A stretch of 33,821 nt of DNA from a virus (IMGVR_UViG_3300044638_005715:103398-137218), one strand, 5' to 3'. Shown: positions 9,901-17,195, counted from the first letter of the stretch. Numbers and translations: made by a program. Notes: a model not told the origin generated them from the letters alone.

Positions 9901-12900
9901 TTTAAATCACTTGTAAAATCAAAATCATCTCCCTGACCAGGAAGTGGTATATTGGTAAGACTACTAACCAAACCCTCGAATAAATAACCACCTATTGTTC
10001 CTTTTAATCCGGTATCCTTTACCATAAAACCAGCAGTATTCATGAATGCGGATGGATTTATATTTAATTTATTTTTACTTAAAATCGCATCAGCTAAGTC
10101 CATCATAGTATTACTAAGCATCATTTGTAATTGCTCTGAAATAATACTATTTATAGATGTCTTATAATCTTGTCGTATGTTTTCTGTAGAAGGATAAAAG
10201 GCAGGAACATCATTAGCGGCAGCAATATTTAAATCTTTAACTGTTCCCGCTGGTGAAGATTTGATAATACTAGTATCTTTAATTTTATCAAGTTCTTGTT
10301 TATAATTACTACTTAAAATAGTAAATAATGTAGTTGGCCCACTTAATGTCATTGGTTTATTACCCTTACTAGTATTAAACCGAGTCGTAATAGATGGACC
10401 TTCTGCTAGTTTTTTTTCATCAACGAGTCTTTGAGCAGTTTGTTCACTCACCTCTTTATTAAATGCTGATAATTCAGCAGTAGTAACAGATAATGGTGGA
10501 TTATTATTATATTTTGAGGCAATAATATTTTGTGCTGATGTAGTGAAATATTCATCAATATCAACATCATCATTGTTTGGGCTCTTAATAGTATAACCAA
10601 GACTAATAGATTTAGCCAATGATATAGGGCTAATAGATGAATACTTTTCAGTTAGTGATTGACCACCCTGTATGGAATTTAAACCCTTTTGTAATAAGTC
10701 ATCCTTAATACTTTTACTAACTTGTACTGATTTGCCCTTTGGCTGTGTATCCATATATTCCTTGGGTTTACCGCCAACAGGATTCATGAATAAACCAGCA
10801 AATTTATCCCTCTTTACATTTAGAACAACACCACCATCTGCAAAATATTGAGTATATTTAGAATCAATCAATTCCTTAAATTTATCTCTATCATATCTTC
10901 TATATTTATCAATGTAAACACTAATTGTCTTAGTTGTTGGATAAATATCATCAATATTTGGACTTAATGAATTCAAATAGCCCCTTTTAGAATTTAATGA
11001 CTTGGTTAATATAGTTAAATATGAATCAGATGTTGTAGACATTGATTTACCAAAATTTCTATCACTTTTAATCTCACCAAATGGTAAATCTAGAAAATCA
11101 TTATTTGTATTAACCTTTTTACCAGTTCTTTTACTAACTATTTTTTCAAATGCTAATCCCTTTGCTAAGTTAGAAGCTTCACCACTTTTTTCCTCTGATA
11201 TTTTAGCATTGACATAATTCTTTAAAGATTTCTTATCTGAACTTCTTAGTGGGTCTACTTCAACTGTATCATAATTCAATAATAAATTATCATCATGTCC
11301 ACCACGCTGTTTTCCCCAATTCTTCTTTGAATCAATTATTTGCCTCAAAGTTTTAATTCCCTGAATACCATCCCTTGGATATAATTGGCTCGTTTTAACT
11401 GGGCCACCTTCAGCAAAATATTGTGGGTTGGCATTTATTTTTTGCAGATTAGATAATCCAATTTGTCTAACAGATGATTTCTTTATAACGAACTCACCCG
11501 GTGTTAACATAGCTGGTACAGTATCTGAACTACCAGATCCTGGAATTGAACCACCAGAATTTCTACCAATCACACCTCTGCCACCACCGAATCCACCAGA
11601 AAATATTGATACTAAACCCTTTCCTAATTGTACTGAAGCAAAAGCAGTAAGAAGTGGTAAAATAGGTTCCATAGATTCGGCAACCTTAATCATGGCCGAC
11701 GCTATAGATAAAGATGTTCTAACAAAAAGTTGAAAAGTGTCTGATTTCTGAAATGTTCTAATTAAATCTTGAAATTCTTCCCTAACACGTTTAATCTGAT
11801 TTTCTAATGATTGTTGTGCGATTACCTGATCTTCTGTCAAGCTATTAGTAGAGCCCTGTGCAACTGCTAGTGCTTGTTCTGCCAATGTAAATTGTTTAAT
11901 TAACGGAATAACCTTACCGATCTGACGGAAACCACCTAATTCTTCAGTAATGGCCGCAAATCGAATGTCCCGTGGATCAATTTCACTTAGGCCCTGTGAA
12001 ATACGTTTAATGGCCTCAAATGGGCCAATGAACTTACCTTCTAAATCTTGTAATTCAATACCAAGTTTTTGTAATTGTGATATTGTTTCAACACGCTGAA
12101 TACGTGTAAAAATGGTCCTCAAACCGGTTGCAATACTTTCCGCAGATTCGCGAGTAGTAGCTCGTACAGAAGTGAAAAGGGACAATAATTCATTAAGGGA
12201 GCCACCAGCCGCCTCAAATGAACCCCCCGCCTTTCGAATGGTAGAAATTAAGTCTGATGATTCTACGGCGAATGCCTTAGAAACTTCGTTAATAGCACCA
12301 AGTGCCTGTTCTAGGAATTTAACATCGCCTCCAGCCCTAATCGCATCTTTTCGGAACTGACTTAATACTGCAATAGCACCTTCGGTAGTTTCTTCTATGT
12401 CATCGAATGACGCCGCTAATTGTGTTTTTGCCAATACTTCTAATGAGTCTTTTGTTTGTTTAGCTGAAAAACCAGCTTGTGATAATATGATAGCCGTATC
12501 TAATAGACCATCAGATGATAGACCAAGTGATTTAGATAAATTTACAACCTCAGTATTAAGATCTTGTAATTGTGCAACACTTTTCCCAGTAACCTGCGAC
12601 AATACCAACATCTTCTTTTCGAATTGTATAGCTTCCTTTAGAGATGATTTAATAGATCTTGCTAAACCAACGAATGTGCCAGTAGCAAAACTAATAGCAG
12701 CAAATCGACGGGCCCCAGTTCCAATAATATCAGCAAGGGCCGAATATTCTTTACGTGCAATCTTTGAATTCTTAGTAATATTTTGAATTTCTTGATTGAC
12801 TCTATTTAGGGCCCTTGGATCAGTTTGGGCCCTTACATCTATATTGACATTACCAAATTCACTTTTTAATTGATTTACAACCTTCGATAAATTACGAGGG

Positions 12901-12941
12901 CTCTGTAAATTCATTTCCAATGTCAAAGCATATTTAGCCAT
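3972..12941 (-). CDS. Tape measure protein, 2989 aa, with embedded cargo domains
   Basis: N-terminal TP901-family TMP signature (EAIQFEKKM..LSQVTG..L..EV..LS..G......A..LSQAGF; INEVSKAFAVESSDL; LRTIFTRI). Long helical stretches, a Gly-zipper hydrophobic segment and four GG..D.V.A.LTPGEF modules. Position after the tail tube and chaperone genes. GGGG RBS 6 nt upstream. Confidence 0.93.
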   Translation of the reverse strand: MAKYALTLEMNLQSPRNLSKVVNQLKSEFGNVNIDVRAQTDPRALNRVNQEIQNITKNSKIARKEYSALADIIGTGARRFAAISFATGTFVGLARSIKSSLKEAIQFEKKMLVLSQVTGKSVAQLQDLNTEVVNLSKSLGLSSDGLLDTAIILSQAGFSAKQTKDSLEVLAKTQLAASFDDIEETTEGAIAVLSQFRKDAIRAGGDVKFLEQALGAINEVSKAFAVESSDLISTIRKAGGSFEAAGGSLNELLSLFTSVRATTRESAESIATGLRTIFTRIQRVETISQLQKLGIELQDLEGKFIGPFEAIKRISQGLSEIDPRDIRFAAITEELGGFRQIGKVIPLIKQFTLAEQALAVAQGSTNSLTEDQVIAQQSLENQIKRVREEFQDLIRTFQKSDTFQLFVRTSLSIASAMIKVAESMEPILPLLTAFASVQLGKGLVSIFSGGFGGGRGVIGRNSGGSIPGSGSSDTVPAMLTPGEFVIKKSSVRQIGLSNLQKINANPQYFAEGGPVKTSQLYPRDGIQGIKTLRQIIDSKKNWGKQRGGHDDNLLLNYDTVEVDPLRSSDKKSLKNYVNAKISEEKSGEASNLAKGLAFEKIVSKRTGKKVNTNNDFLDLPFGEIKSDRNFGKSMSTTSDSYLTILTKSLNSKRGYLNSLSPNIDDIYPTTKTISVYIDKYRRYDRDKFKELIDSKYTQYFADGGVVLNVKRDKFAGLFMNPVGGKPKEYMDTQPKGKSVQVSKSIKDDLLQKGLNSIQGGQSLTEKYSSISPISLAKSISLGYTIKSPNNDDVDIDEYFTTSAQNIIASKYNNNPPLSVTTAELSAFNKEVSEQTAQRLVDEKKLAEGPSITTRFNTSKGNKPMTLSGPTTLFTILSSNYKQELDKIKDTSIIKSSPAGTVKDLNIAAANDVPAFYPSTENIRQDYKTSINSIISEQLQMMLSNTMMDLADAILSKNKLNINPSAFMNTAGFMVKDTGLKGTIGGYLFEGLVSSLTNIPLPGQGDDFDFTSDLKNLSLIFSQMDDMNLVAADAKYQRERKSVDSIIRSKIPRFISQNTTGDLSQYIDDVKFFATGGLAKGTDTVPAMLTPGEFIVKKSSAEKIGYSRLSQMNNNPVSYFAEGSSYAYKELSNKENERVRKRIMDAQNKINEISIMQEMDQSRSEIKKLEKEKTSLQKEVDKLSNRLNRPTFSPSALSDYADLHGLGPIPDAMFDTGGGNSQNIVKKPISKISANIIKSQNTPTTPRVKGPVNDLAEQMVRYPEPIINSPPGVMPNTRFQESNPSLNKAYQNKLKYKAYIHTMGEKSNLPPLYSGQPNPSGYIEGLENPPIKMSRRFNRLAVNPQVVQENRASMTELYRQIAYKSGIADRGKVTPPETESQMKKTSEAIFSSLGIQGTAGVKGTELSQAMDLFIEEINKGTDAEEARIKAYDKIVTDRSKNLKAFASGLPDINKTGVSAFIAEKRGQLQSFGSNPAAIKDFTSKLSSSALTFSILSSSIGQVASQFGVLDQTMADAIGQSAMTFSAIFGIGTAFGDVLPESFAKLKGTVVGLTMGMALGASATELYASKFRSNAEKLQGEFNKLVKGIESGNKVKIGDMQRTLLDSMAESQRAVGIKSTGLIVTTIGTVAGAAIGTFIGGPFGTMVGGAIGGALGGALGSFAGSFDELSKVQIEAVNSYVDATYTAVKSISDFDSALNIAKLKNLDAVDSLSILSSETNKLVTSQKKAQSSARLNAAQMNVISQEPGWMQTLTGGKFGSSRGLTDIEKKNQEALQGALTEQNTKLTGARTQLESGIFEASESFGKSGKSIDQIFTQLSPALVNYKSTLEASLPEDKVGETYDAFVQGLRKSLDANEKQRQSTLELNALQKAQRESALETVRAFRTLSSIEFDNQKFSNSLDNLLSAVNGSSASFKQLQLPSVKDLNVDSLRTIDEMTKNLGSYGKNASANIAESIRIFQAAQDKLLNTEIVSGPGSIQTSQQLLEALGIGAGSNAGKQVSLAFNKIAKEQGANTIITQELINQLLESVITDSQSYIDVINKSASLMENQLAQLSKTIEQTNAQFAKVSELQKNSLNISNRLQDNISKILGDNFPGRNDMARRQANRNAAAQIPLNRFGINANNISDLSNAAKNAQRELNILARSNITGSDQVVKFNKLSEQLKLTTDRLRELSDQSELTNDVMSKFEKIQNGINQKNSKIEEFILGGAESRNAMSMDFAALQTSIMTGSFQTLNDEMRGRVSSLLESLSDVELTGGMTGKDIRRSLLAQDFLRMVPGATIKQAAQFVGAATTSEQDKLIASLTAISQQEQAANNALINIEMTAANTLMNAANLIKNTFANFQNRIGNSPLKFNMGGKVPGVGNSDNVEALLTPGEFVMRKDAVKKYGTGMMQKMNSGGIVKNYTGQDIKALSNKQIPETILDDLINSGLSVKRGPSLIDIDPELRFQQPRGYADNFSFNNVKGLYRDANKEILLKNDSGINVFGHELGHAFDYYKDSISQSKEYMIAYMKDISKLGKQDQERFKYLLQSGPAGKKESFASIFDSVIRNQSSSAKFFPETTRLVENITKNHEIDSLQNDYKKLMNLRDIEKQNYQNIESHITNTKSKISTSLVQNDPRIVKFLDMLNMAESMYANKFNSGGRVPGAGNSDTVPALLTPGEFVMNKRAVKEIGQYNLIAMNNGNIQKKAQGGTVQSVRDIKPKLKIFGSSSEEERTKELDKLIQDKQKLILADEQEKKKLEKQKNEKLIVDLDRQQRIRDKYSNPETQRKIEEAERINKQIEQERANIARPANLKPQSFADLGAGADIFETTMPVGPPVQRQKPSFIENRRGERQSRRDAARSQRDIAQQLNRGGLNVGRNIIAQQGPVFGGAPIVGRGQMPIVGRAQPQNQNQVVAPVAAPQRPMQAQGNMQQPFVDVAGLTKIAENINMISGKIEKVVNTLNGMKMEHTVKFDGILNIGGLDIGRMKEEFKQAISNLVVEEVKKHLDRKV
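4873..5043 (-). repeat. TMP repeat module 4 (FNSGGRVPGAGNSDTVPALLTPGEFVMNKRAVKEIG..AQGG), TPGEF at aa 2655
   Basis: Direct translation; aligns with modules 1-3. Confidence 0.9.
5750..5892 (-). repeat. TMP repeat module 3 (FNMGGKVPGVGNSDNVEALLTPGEFVMRKDAVKKYG..NSGG), TPGEF at aa 2371
   Basis: Direct translation; shares CCCGGTGTTAA (+ strand) with modules 1 and 2. Confidence 0.9.
9578..9732 (-). repeat. TMP repeat module 2 (FATGGLAKGTDTVPAMLTPGEFIVKKSSAEKIG..YFAEG), TPGEF at aa 1089
   Basis: Direct translation; 17-nt exact match CCCGGTGTTAACATAGC (9670-9686) to module 1 (11497-11513). Confidence 0.9.
11402..11560 (-). repeat. TMP repeat module 1 (NSGGSIPGSGSSDTVPAMLTPGEFVIKKSSVRQIG..YFAEGG), TPGEF at aa 480
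   Basis: Direct translation. A fifth partial copy, YFADGGVV, lies at about 10825-10850. Confidence 0.9.
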
Positions 12942-12954
12942 TCAATACCCCTTC

Positions 12955-12983
12955 AAAAAAAATGGGGTGAAAAAATCACCCCA
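12955..12983 (-). terminator. Intrinsic terminator-like hairpin immediately upstream of the TMP gene
   Basis: Minus strand TGGGGTGA-TTTTT-TCACCCCA (perfect 8-bp stem) followed by T8. It ends 14 nt before the TMP ATG. Confidence 0.75.
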
Positions 12984-12998
12984 CAATTAGCTGATTTC

Positions 12999-13015
12999 AT
13001 ATAATTAATTACTCA
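12999..13015 (-). promoter_or_regulatory. 17-nt element TGAGTAATTAATTATAT, copy 1 (upstream of the hairpin and TMP)
   Basis: Exact copy at 19703-19719. Both copies sit at gene junctions. AT-rich, so function is inferred. Confidence 0.4.
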
Positions 13016-13016
13016 A

Positions 13017-13901
13017 TCATTCGGGTGTTTCCTTTTTCTTTCTTCCCTTCTTTGGGGCCGTAGATTCTTCTAGTTCTACCTCTGTATCTTCTTCTACTAA
13101 GACTGGTTTCCCATCATCATCTAGAAACGGACTAAATTGAATAAGTTTTTCACCATTTTCATCAACTTCATTACCATCAAAGTCAACAAAATATTGTTCA
13201 CCATTTTCACGATATGCAACATATCGACCATCTTCATTAATTAATTTACCACTAGCATCAATTAAATGACCATCTTTATTGATTAATCGTAAATCTTTAT
13301 TAGCAAACTTATATTTAGTTAAAAATTGATTTTCAAATAAATTATTATAATAGTCTGGATCTAAACCATATAGATCACTAGCTAGTTCTGATGCGGCCCT
13401 ATTAGCCCAAGTCTCATTACTGCTATTTTCATATTCTTCTAGACTTTTCCAAATCCTATTACTATTTTGATCTACAACGCATGAAATCACGAATGCATCA
13501 AACCTAGCATTATCAGCTTGACCTTCCGCAGAATTATTCTCATACTGTTGCCGTTCACTAATTAATTCATTAAATTCGGCCCTTAACTTACGTGTTTGTA
13601 GAGCTATTTCACGGGCCTTTTGCAATGGTATACCACCAGACTTTAGAGCACTTTCATTATCTCCAATCTGCTTTAAAATGCCCCTATACTTGCTTTCCTT
13701 TTTGTCATCCCATACACCCTGTTCCCGCATATAATCATTGAGTTTTTGTTTTAGAATTGCCCCATTTTCCAATGCAGTCCTAAATGCCTTATTATATGCC
13801 GCCTGACTTTCCCTATAGTCTTTTACATTGGGCTTTTTAAGATATACGGTTACTTCTTTTCCCTTATTATCTACTGAATCAACTTTCTTTAAATCTGACA
13901 T
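13017..13901 (-). CDS. Tail assembly chaperone-like protein, 294 aa
   Basis: Gene immediately before the TMP; helical core; acidic/Lys-rich tail. RBS AGGA. Paralogous to 14166-15215. Confidence 0.6.
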   Translation of the reverse strand: MSDLKKVDSVDNKGKEVTVYLKKPNVKDYRESQAAYNKAFRTALENGAILKQKLNDYMREQGVWDDKKESKYRGILKQIGDNESALKSGGIPLQKAREIALQTRKLRAEFNELISERQQYENNSAEGQADNARFDAFVISCVVDQNSNRIWKSLEEYENSSNETWANRAASELASDLYGLDPDYYNNLFENQFLTKYKFANKDLRLINKDGHLIDASGKLINEDGRYVAYRENGEQYFVDFDGNEVDENGEKLIQFSPFLDDDGKPVLVEEDTEVELEESTAPKKGRKKKETPE

Positions 13902-13905
13902 ATTC

Positions 13906-14166
13906 CTATTCCTCTATTGGTAAAACGATATTTGTATAAAAATCCACCTTATAATTATCAAAATCCTGGTGTAATCCACGTATTTGATTATTTCCCTTAT
14001 CTAATATTTCTGAACGAATTTTTTCAAATTGTTCACCGTCAACATATTTTTCTATAGTTGCAATCGCCCCTATCATTGTTGTATTGATTCTTTTACTACA
14101 TACATTATATAGTTTTTCCCTAGCTAAATGCCTATTTTTTTCCTCTCTTTTTTTCCTAAAACTCAT
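13906..14166 (-). CDS. Hypothetical protein, 86 aa, in the tail assembly cluster
   Basis: TAATG-coupled to the upstream gene; plausible composition; co-oriented with neighbours. Confidence 0.75.
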   Translation of the reverse strand: MSFRKKREEKNRHLAREKLYNVCSKRINTTMIGAIATIEKYVDGEQFEKIRSEILDKGNNQIRGLHQDFDNYKVDFYTNIVLPIEE

Positions 14167-15215
14167 TATTTACTCCTAAATTTTTGATTAAACATTTCAT
14201 TTTTTCTCTGCATTAATTCCAACTGAACATCATTAAATTTAGTATCAGTAACTTTATCAACACTATTATTAATAATATTTTGTCTATCATTGATTACAGA
14301 TCTGGCCCACTGATCATTCATATCATAAATCTCTTTAGCCTCTTCTGCATTCTCAGCAAAAATCATGATTTCTTTCGAATTTCTAATTTTCTCATTCTTT
14401 ATGCCACCCTGAATGGCCCCTTGCCTTTTCTCCTTTTCCCTTTCCCTTCTTGTTTTTAGCATCCATCCGTCCAAACAATCATCATCATTTAAAATATTTT
14501 CTGTTGGACATTCTGGATTTTCATATATGTTATCATACATTATAGAGTATGAACAAAGGGTAATTTGATCCCTAGTATATTCTGTGGTTGGTTTTTTAAA
14601 TAGGTTTCCACCATTTTTAGCAGATAACCACATTGGCCTCCATGGCTCATTACGAGCTATATATCTTAATTCTGTATTATCTATAATATTTTGCTTATAT
14701 AGAGAAAGTGCCATTGATAAATCTATTTTCCCATCCCAATTATACTTAGATCCATCAATATTAAATGCAGAATGAGAAATGATCCACATCATACGTGAAT
14801 TTTCAGCGACTCCATCACAACTAAGGTGATCCATACTATGCTTTGATGAAAGCAAATTGGTAAATGATTGATTTTTTGATAGTAATTTCCTTTTGCATTC
14901 TTTTAAACCCTGTTTATCAAATGCATTTTCATAACATTCAATTTTCAAATTATCAATTTCCGTTTTAATTAATTCCAGTTCCTTGTCATATAGTGGATTC
15001 CATATATCATACTCATTTAACAATATATTTATTTCATATTCCGTATAAACACCGGTTAAATAAGCATATTCATAATTAGAATCATAAAGCTCAAAAGATT
15101 CTAATAGTAATTGTGGAGTAGGCTCGTTTATAAAAATAGAAAGGTCGCCATACTTAATAAGCTGGCGACCATTAATTATTCTATATAATAGAAGATTTAA
15201 TCTATTGTCCTTCAT
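14166..15215 (-). CDS. Tail assembly chaperone-like protein, 349 aa (N-terminal domain paralogous to the 294-aa protein, extra C-terminal domain)
   Basis: Gene immediately after the tail tube gene; RBS AGGA; ungapped alignment of aa 32-141 to aa 24-133 of 13017-13901. Confidence 0.55.
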   Translation of the reverse strand: MKDNRLNLLLYRIINGRQLIKYGDLSIFINEPTPQLLLESFELYDSNYEYAYLTGVYTEYEINILLNEYDIWNPLYDKELELIKTEIDNLKIECYENAFDKQGLKECKRKLLSKNQSFTNLLSSKHSMDHLSCDGVAENSRMMWIISHSAFNIDGSKYNWDGKIDLSMALSLYKQNIIDNTELRYIARNEPWRPMWLSAKNGGNLFKKPTTEYTRDQITLCSYSIMYDNIYENPECPTENILNDDDCLDGWMLKTRREREKEKRQGAIQGGIKNEKIRNSKEIMIFAENAEEAKEIYDMNDQWARSVINDRQNIINNSVDKVTDTKFNDVQLELMQRKNEMFNQKFRSK

Positions 15216-15232
15216 ATGGTCCTAGTAAAAAT

Positions 15233-16258
15233 TTAACTCCAATATGATTGGCCGTTACTTACCTTAATATCATTATAAGTGGAATAAGAATAGGTAACAG
15301 TTGCAATACCACCGCCAGTATCGCCCCCTTGGTGACTTACAGAGGTAAGTTTATTTTTATTACCTAAGTTAATTGAGGTTCCCAAAGTATCGCGAATGAG
15401 GATGGACCTAGTCGGGTTGTTTGCCCCAGTTCCAGAAATTGCAATTAAATCACCGCGTGTAGCATTAACTTCGAATTCGCATGTAATTTCGAATGGGAAA
15501 GTTGCATACTTGAAGTAGGGGCCGAATCGACCTTGTTCCAACATGTCTTCGCGGCCAAAGTTGGCAGTAATAGTAACGGACTGTAGACCGCTACCGGGTG
15601 AACCAACTGTATTAAGCTGGGACATAACTTCCGCAGGTATAATTGAGTTTGCTATATCAAACTTGGCCCTACGTGCTACACCAACATTACCAGATGGAGT
15701 GTGTGAACCATTGATAACGGCTGCTGTTGGACCACCGCTACCATATAGAACGGCGGGTGATGATGCCATACCATAATTGGCACTATTCCAGAATTTATTA
15801 TTACCAGTTAATGTGATGGATTCAGTGGCATTACCATTAATTGGATATGTATATGTGACAGAACTTAATGTAACGCCCGAGCACATAACAACATTATTTG
15901 GCGTATTACCAGAAATAGATGAGACGGAATCACTATATAGTGCCAAATATGCATCGCATACAGAATTTGATGCCGACACAACATTGGTTTTACCAATTTC
16001 GCCAACGGCCTGTAGATATAGCAATTTATGACCGTCAATAACCTTTTCGACAGTAATTTCTACTTCAGAAACTTCATCTTCATTACTATATAATTCTACC
16101 TGCCCATATTCAAACACTTGTTCTAGTGTAAAATTGGTATTGAGGCCAGCACTTTGCACGCCCTTCATGACTTCGAATTGGGTGGATGATGCATTATTAT
16201 GACCAGACTTAGCAATAGCTAAGGCTTGACAAGCGTAAAATAGTCTATTATTTGACAT
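15233..16258 (-). CDS. Major tail (tube) protein, 341 aa
   Basis: Beta-rich and G/S/T-rich, tube-like size, strong GGAG RBS, upstream regulatory motif, and synteny between neck genes and chaperones/TMP. Confidence 0.75.
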   Translation of the reverse strand: MSNNRLFYACQALAIAKSGHNNASSTQFEVMKGVQSAGLNTNFTLEQVFEYGQVELYSNEDEVSEVEITVEKVIDGHKLLYLQAVGEIGKTNVVSASNSVCDAYLALYSDSVSSISGNTPNNVVMCSGVTLSSVTYTYPINGNATESITLTGNNKFWNSANYGMASSPAVLYGSGGPTAAVINGSHTPSGNVGVARRAKFDIANSIIPAEVMSQLNTVGSPGSGLQSVTITANFGREDMLEQGRFGPYFKYATFPFEITCEFEVNATRGDLIAISGTGANNPTRSILIRDTLGTSINLGNKNKLTSVSHQGGDTGGGIATVTYSYSTYNDIKVSNGQSYWS

Positions 16259-16278
16259 TTATTTTCTCCGTTTTATAT

Positions 16279-16303
16279 TGTGCGATATTATATAAATACA
16301 CAA
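16279..16303 (-). promoter_or_regulatory. Bipartite motif TTGTGTA-N9-TATCGCACA upstream of the tail tube gene (candidate late promoter/operator)
   Basis: Same two boxes (N8 spacer) at 28230-28253 upstream of the protease/capsid operon. Confidence 0.55.
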
Positions 16304-16304
16304 G

Positions 16305-17195
16305 TTATATGGGTTTAGTTTCTGTGGTGCATCTAATAGTAGCCATATATAAACCTGGACTCAATTCCGTAATTGTTGGAGAGCCCATGTCATGAATATA
16401 GCAAAACCACTTAGAGTATAAATTGATTAACTGCTTGTATGTTTTGGGTGAAATATTTAATGATCCATTTATATTAAGTGGAAAATCATTATTAGTGGCT
16501 ATTTCATTAACATCATATAAGTATATTAGTTTATCATTATTATATGATATATTATCTATAATTGATACACATTCAGTATCTGTTTCTGATAATACGGTGA
16601 AAATAATATCATTATATCCATATTGACCGCCGCCTAATTCAAATGGTTTAAAATATTTAGCGGGTGTAACATTTACTAATACAGACGGTAATTGAACCCG
16701 AGTATTACCAAATTGGGCCCATGAACCATATGATGAATTTTGTAATTGCGGAGATTCAGCATTATTAGAAAATTTTTGAATTTCCCTAAACCATGGATGC
16801 CCGATAGACGGCTGAACATCTATCCACTTATGAGATCTGGCTATATATATATTAGAAGATGTAGAAATAGGTGTATTAAATACAACACGCCCACTTTTAT
16901 AATTAATATTATATCCGCTACCTATTGGAATAAAGGAATTATTCACAAATAAGCCAGAAATAGAAATGGGCGATCCAACAGTTGTTCCTGATTCCCAGAC
17001 CCAATTATTTCTATGAGATTGCCAAACTTGCCCATTACTATATGATGGGTCGGCCACATTATAAAGTTTGTGTAATTGGCCCCCAGAGATACCAGAGCTT
17101 GGTATATTAATATTAATAAATCCACCCCCATCTAGAAATTGCCAATCTAGATATGGTATTATATTAGACTTAATAATATTAGTCATTGATTGCAT
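16305..17195 (-). CDS. Tail terminator / tail completion-like protein, 296 aa
   Basis: Last gene before the tail tube; TAATG coupling; C-terminal QLPSVLVNV...DIIFTVLSETD pattern consistent with the terminator fold. Assignment is by synteny. Confidence 0.5.
   Translation of the reverse strand: MQSMTNIIKSNIIPYLDWQFLDGGGFININIPSSGISGGQLHKLYNVADPSYSNGQVWQSHRNNWVWESGTTVGSPISISGLFVNNSFIPIGSGYNINYKSGRVVFNTPISTSSNIYIARSHKWIDVQPSIGHPWFREIQKFSNNAESPQLQNSSYGSWAQFGNTRVQLPSVLVNVTPAKYFKPFELGGGQYGYNDIIFTVLSETDTECVSIIDNISYNNDKLIYLYDVNEIATNNDFPLNINGSLNISPKTYKQLINLYSKWFCYIHDMGSPTITELSPGLYMATIRCTTETKPI

Noticed and set aside
13902-14210. Programmed -1 frameshift among the tail chaperone genes (A AAA AAT heptamers at 14199-14205 and near the start of the 86-aa gene)
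   Set aside because: The -1 frames hit stops immediately (TGA) or within four codons (TAG), so no fused product can form.
15233-17195. Contractile tail sheath gene
   Set aside because: No sheath-sized gene or sheath motif lies between the neck genes and the TMP; the layout fits a non-contractile tail.
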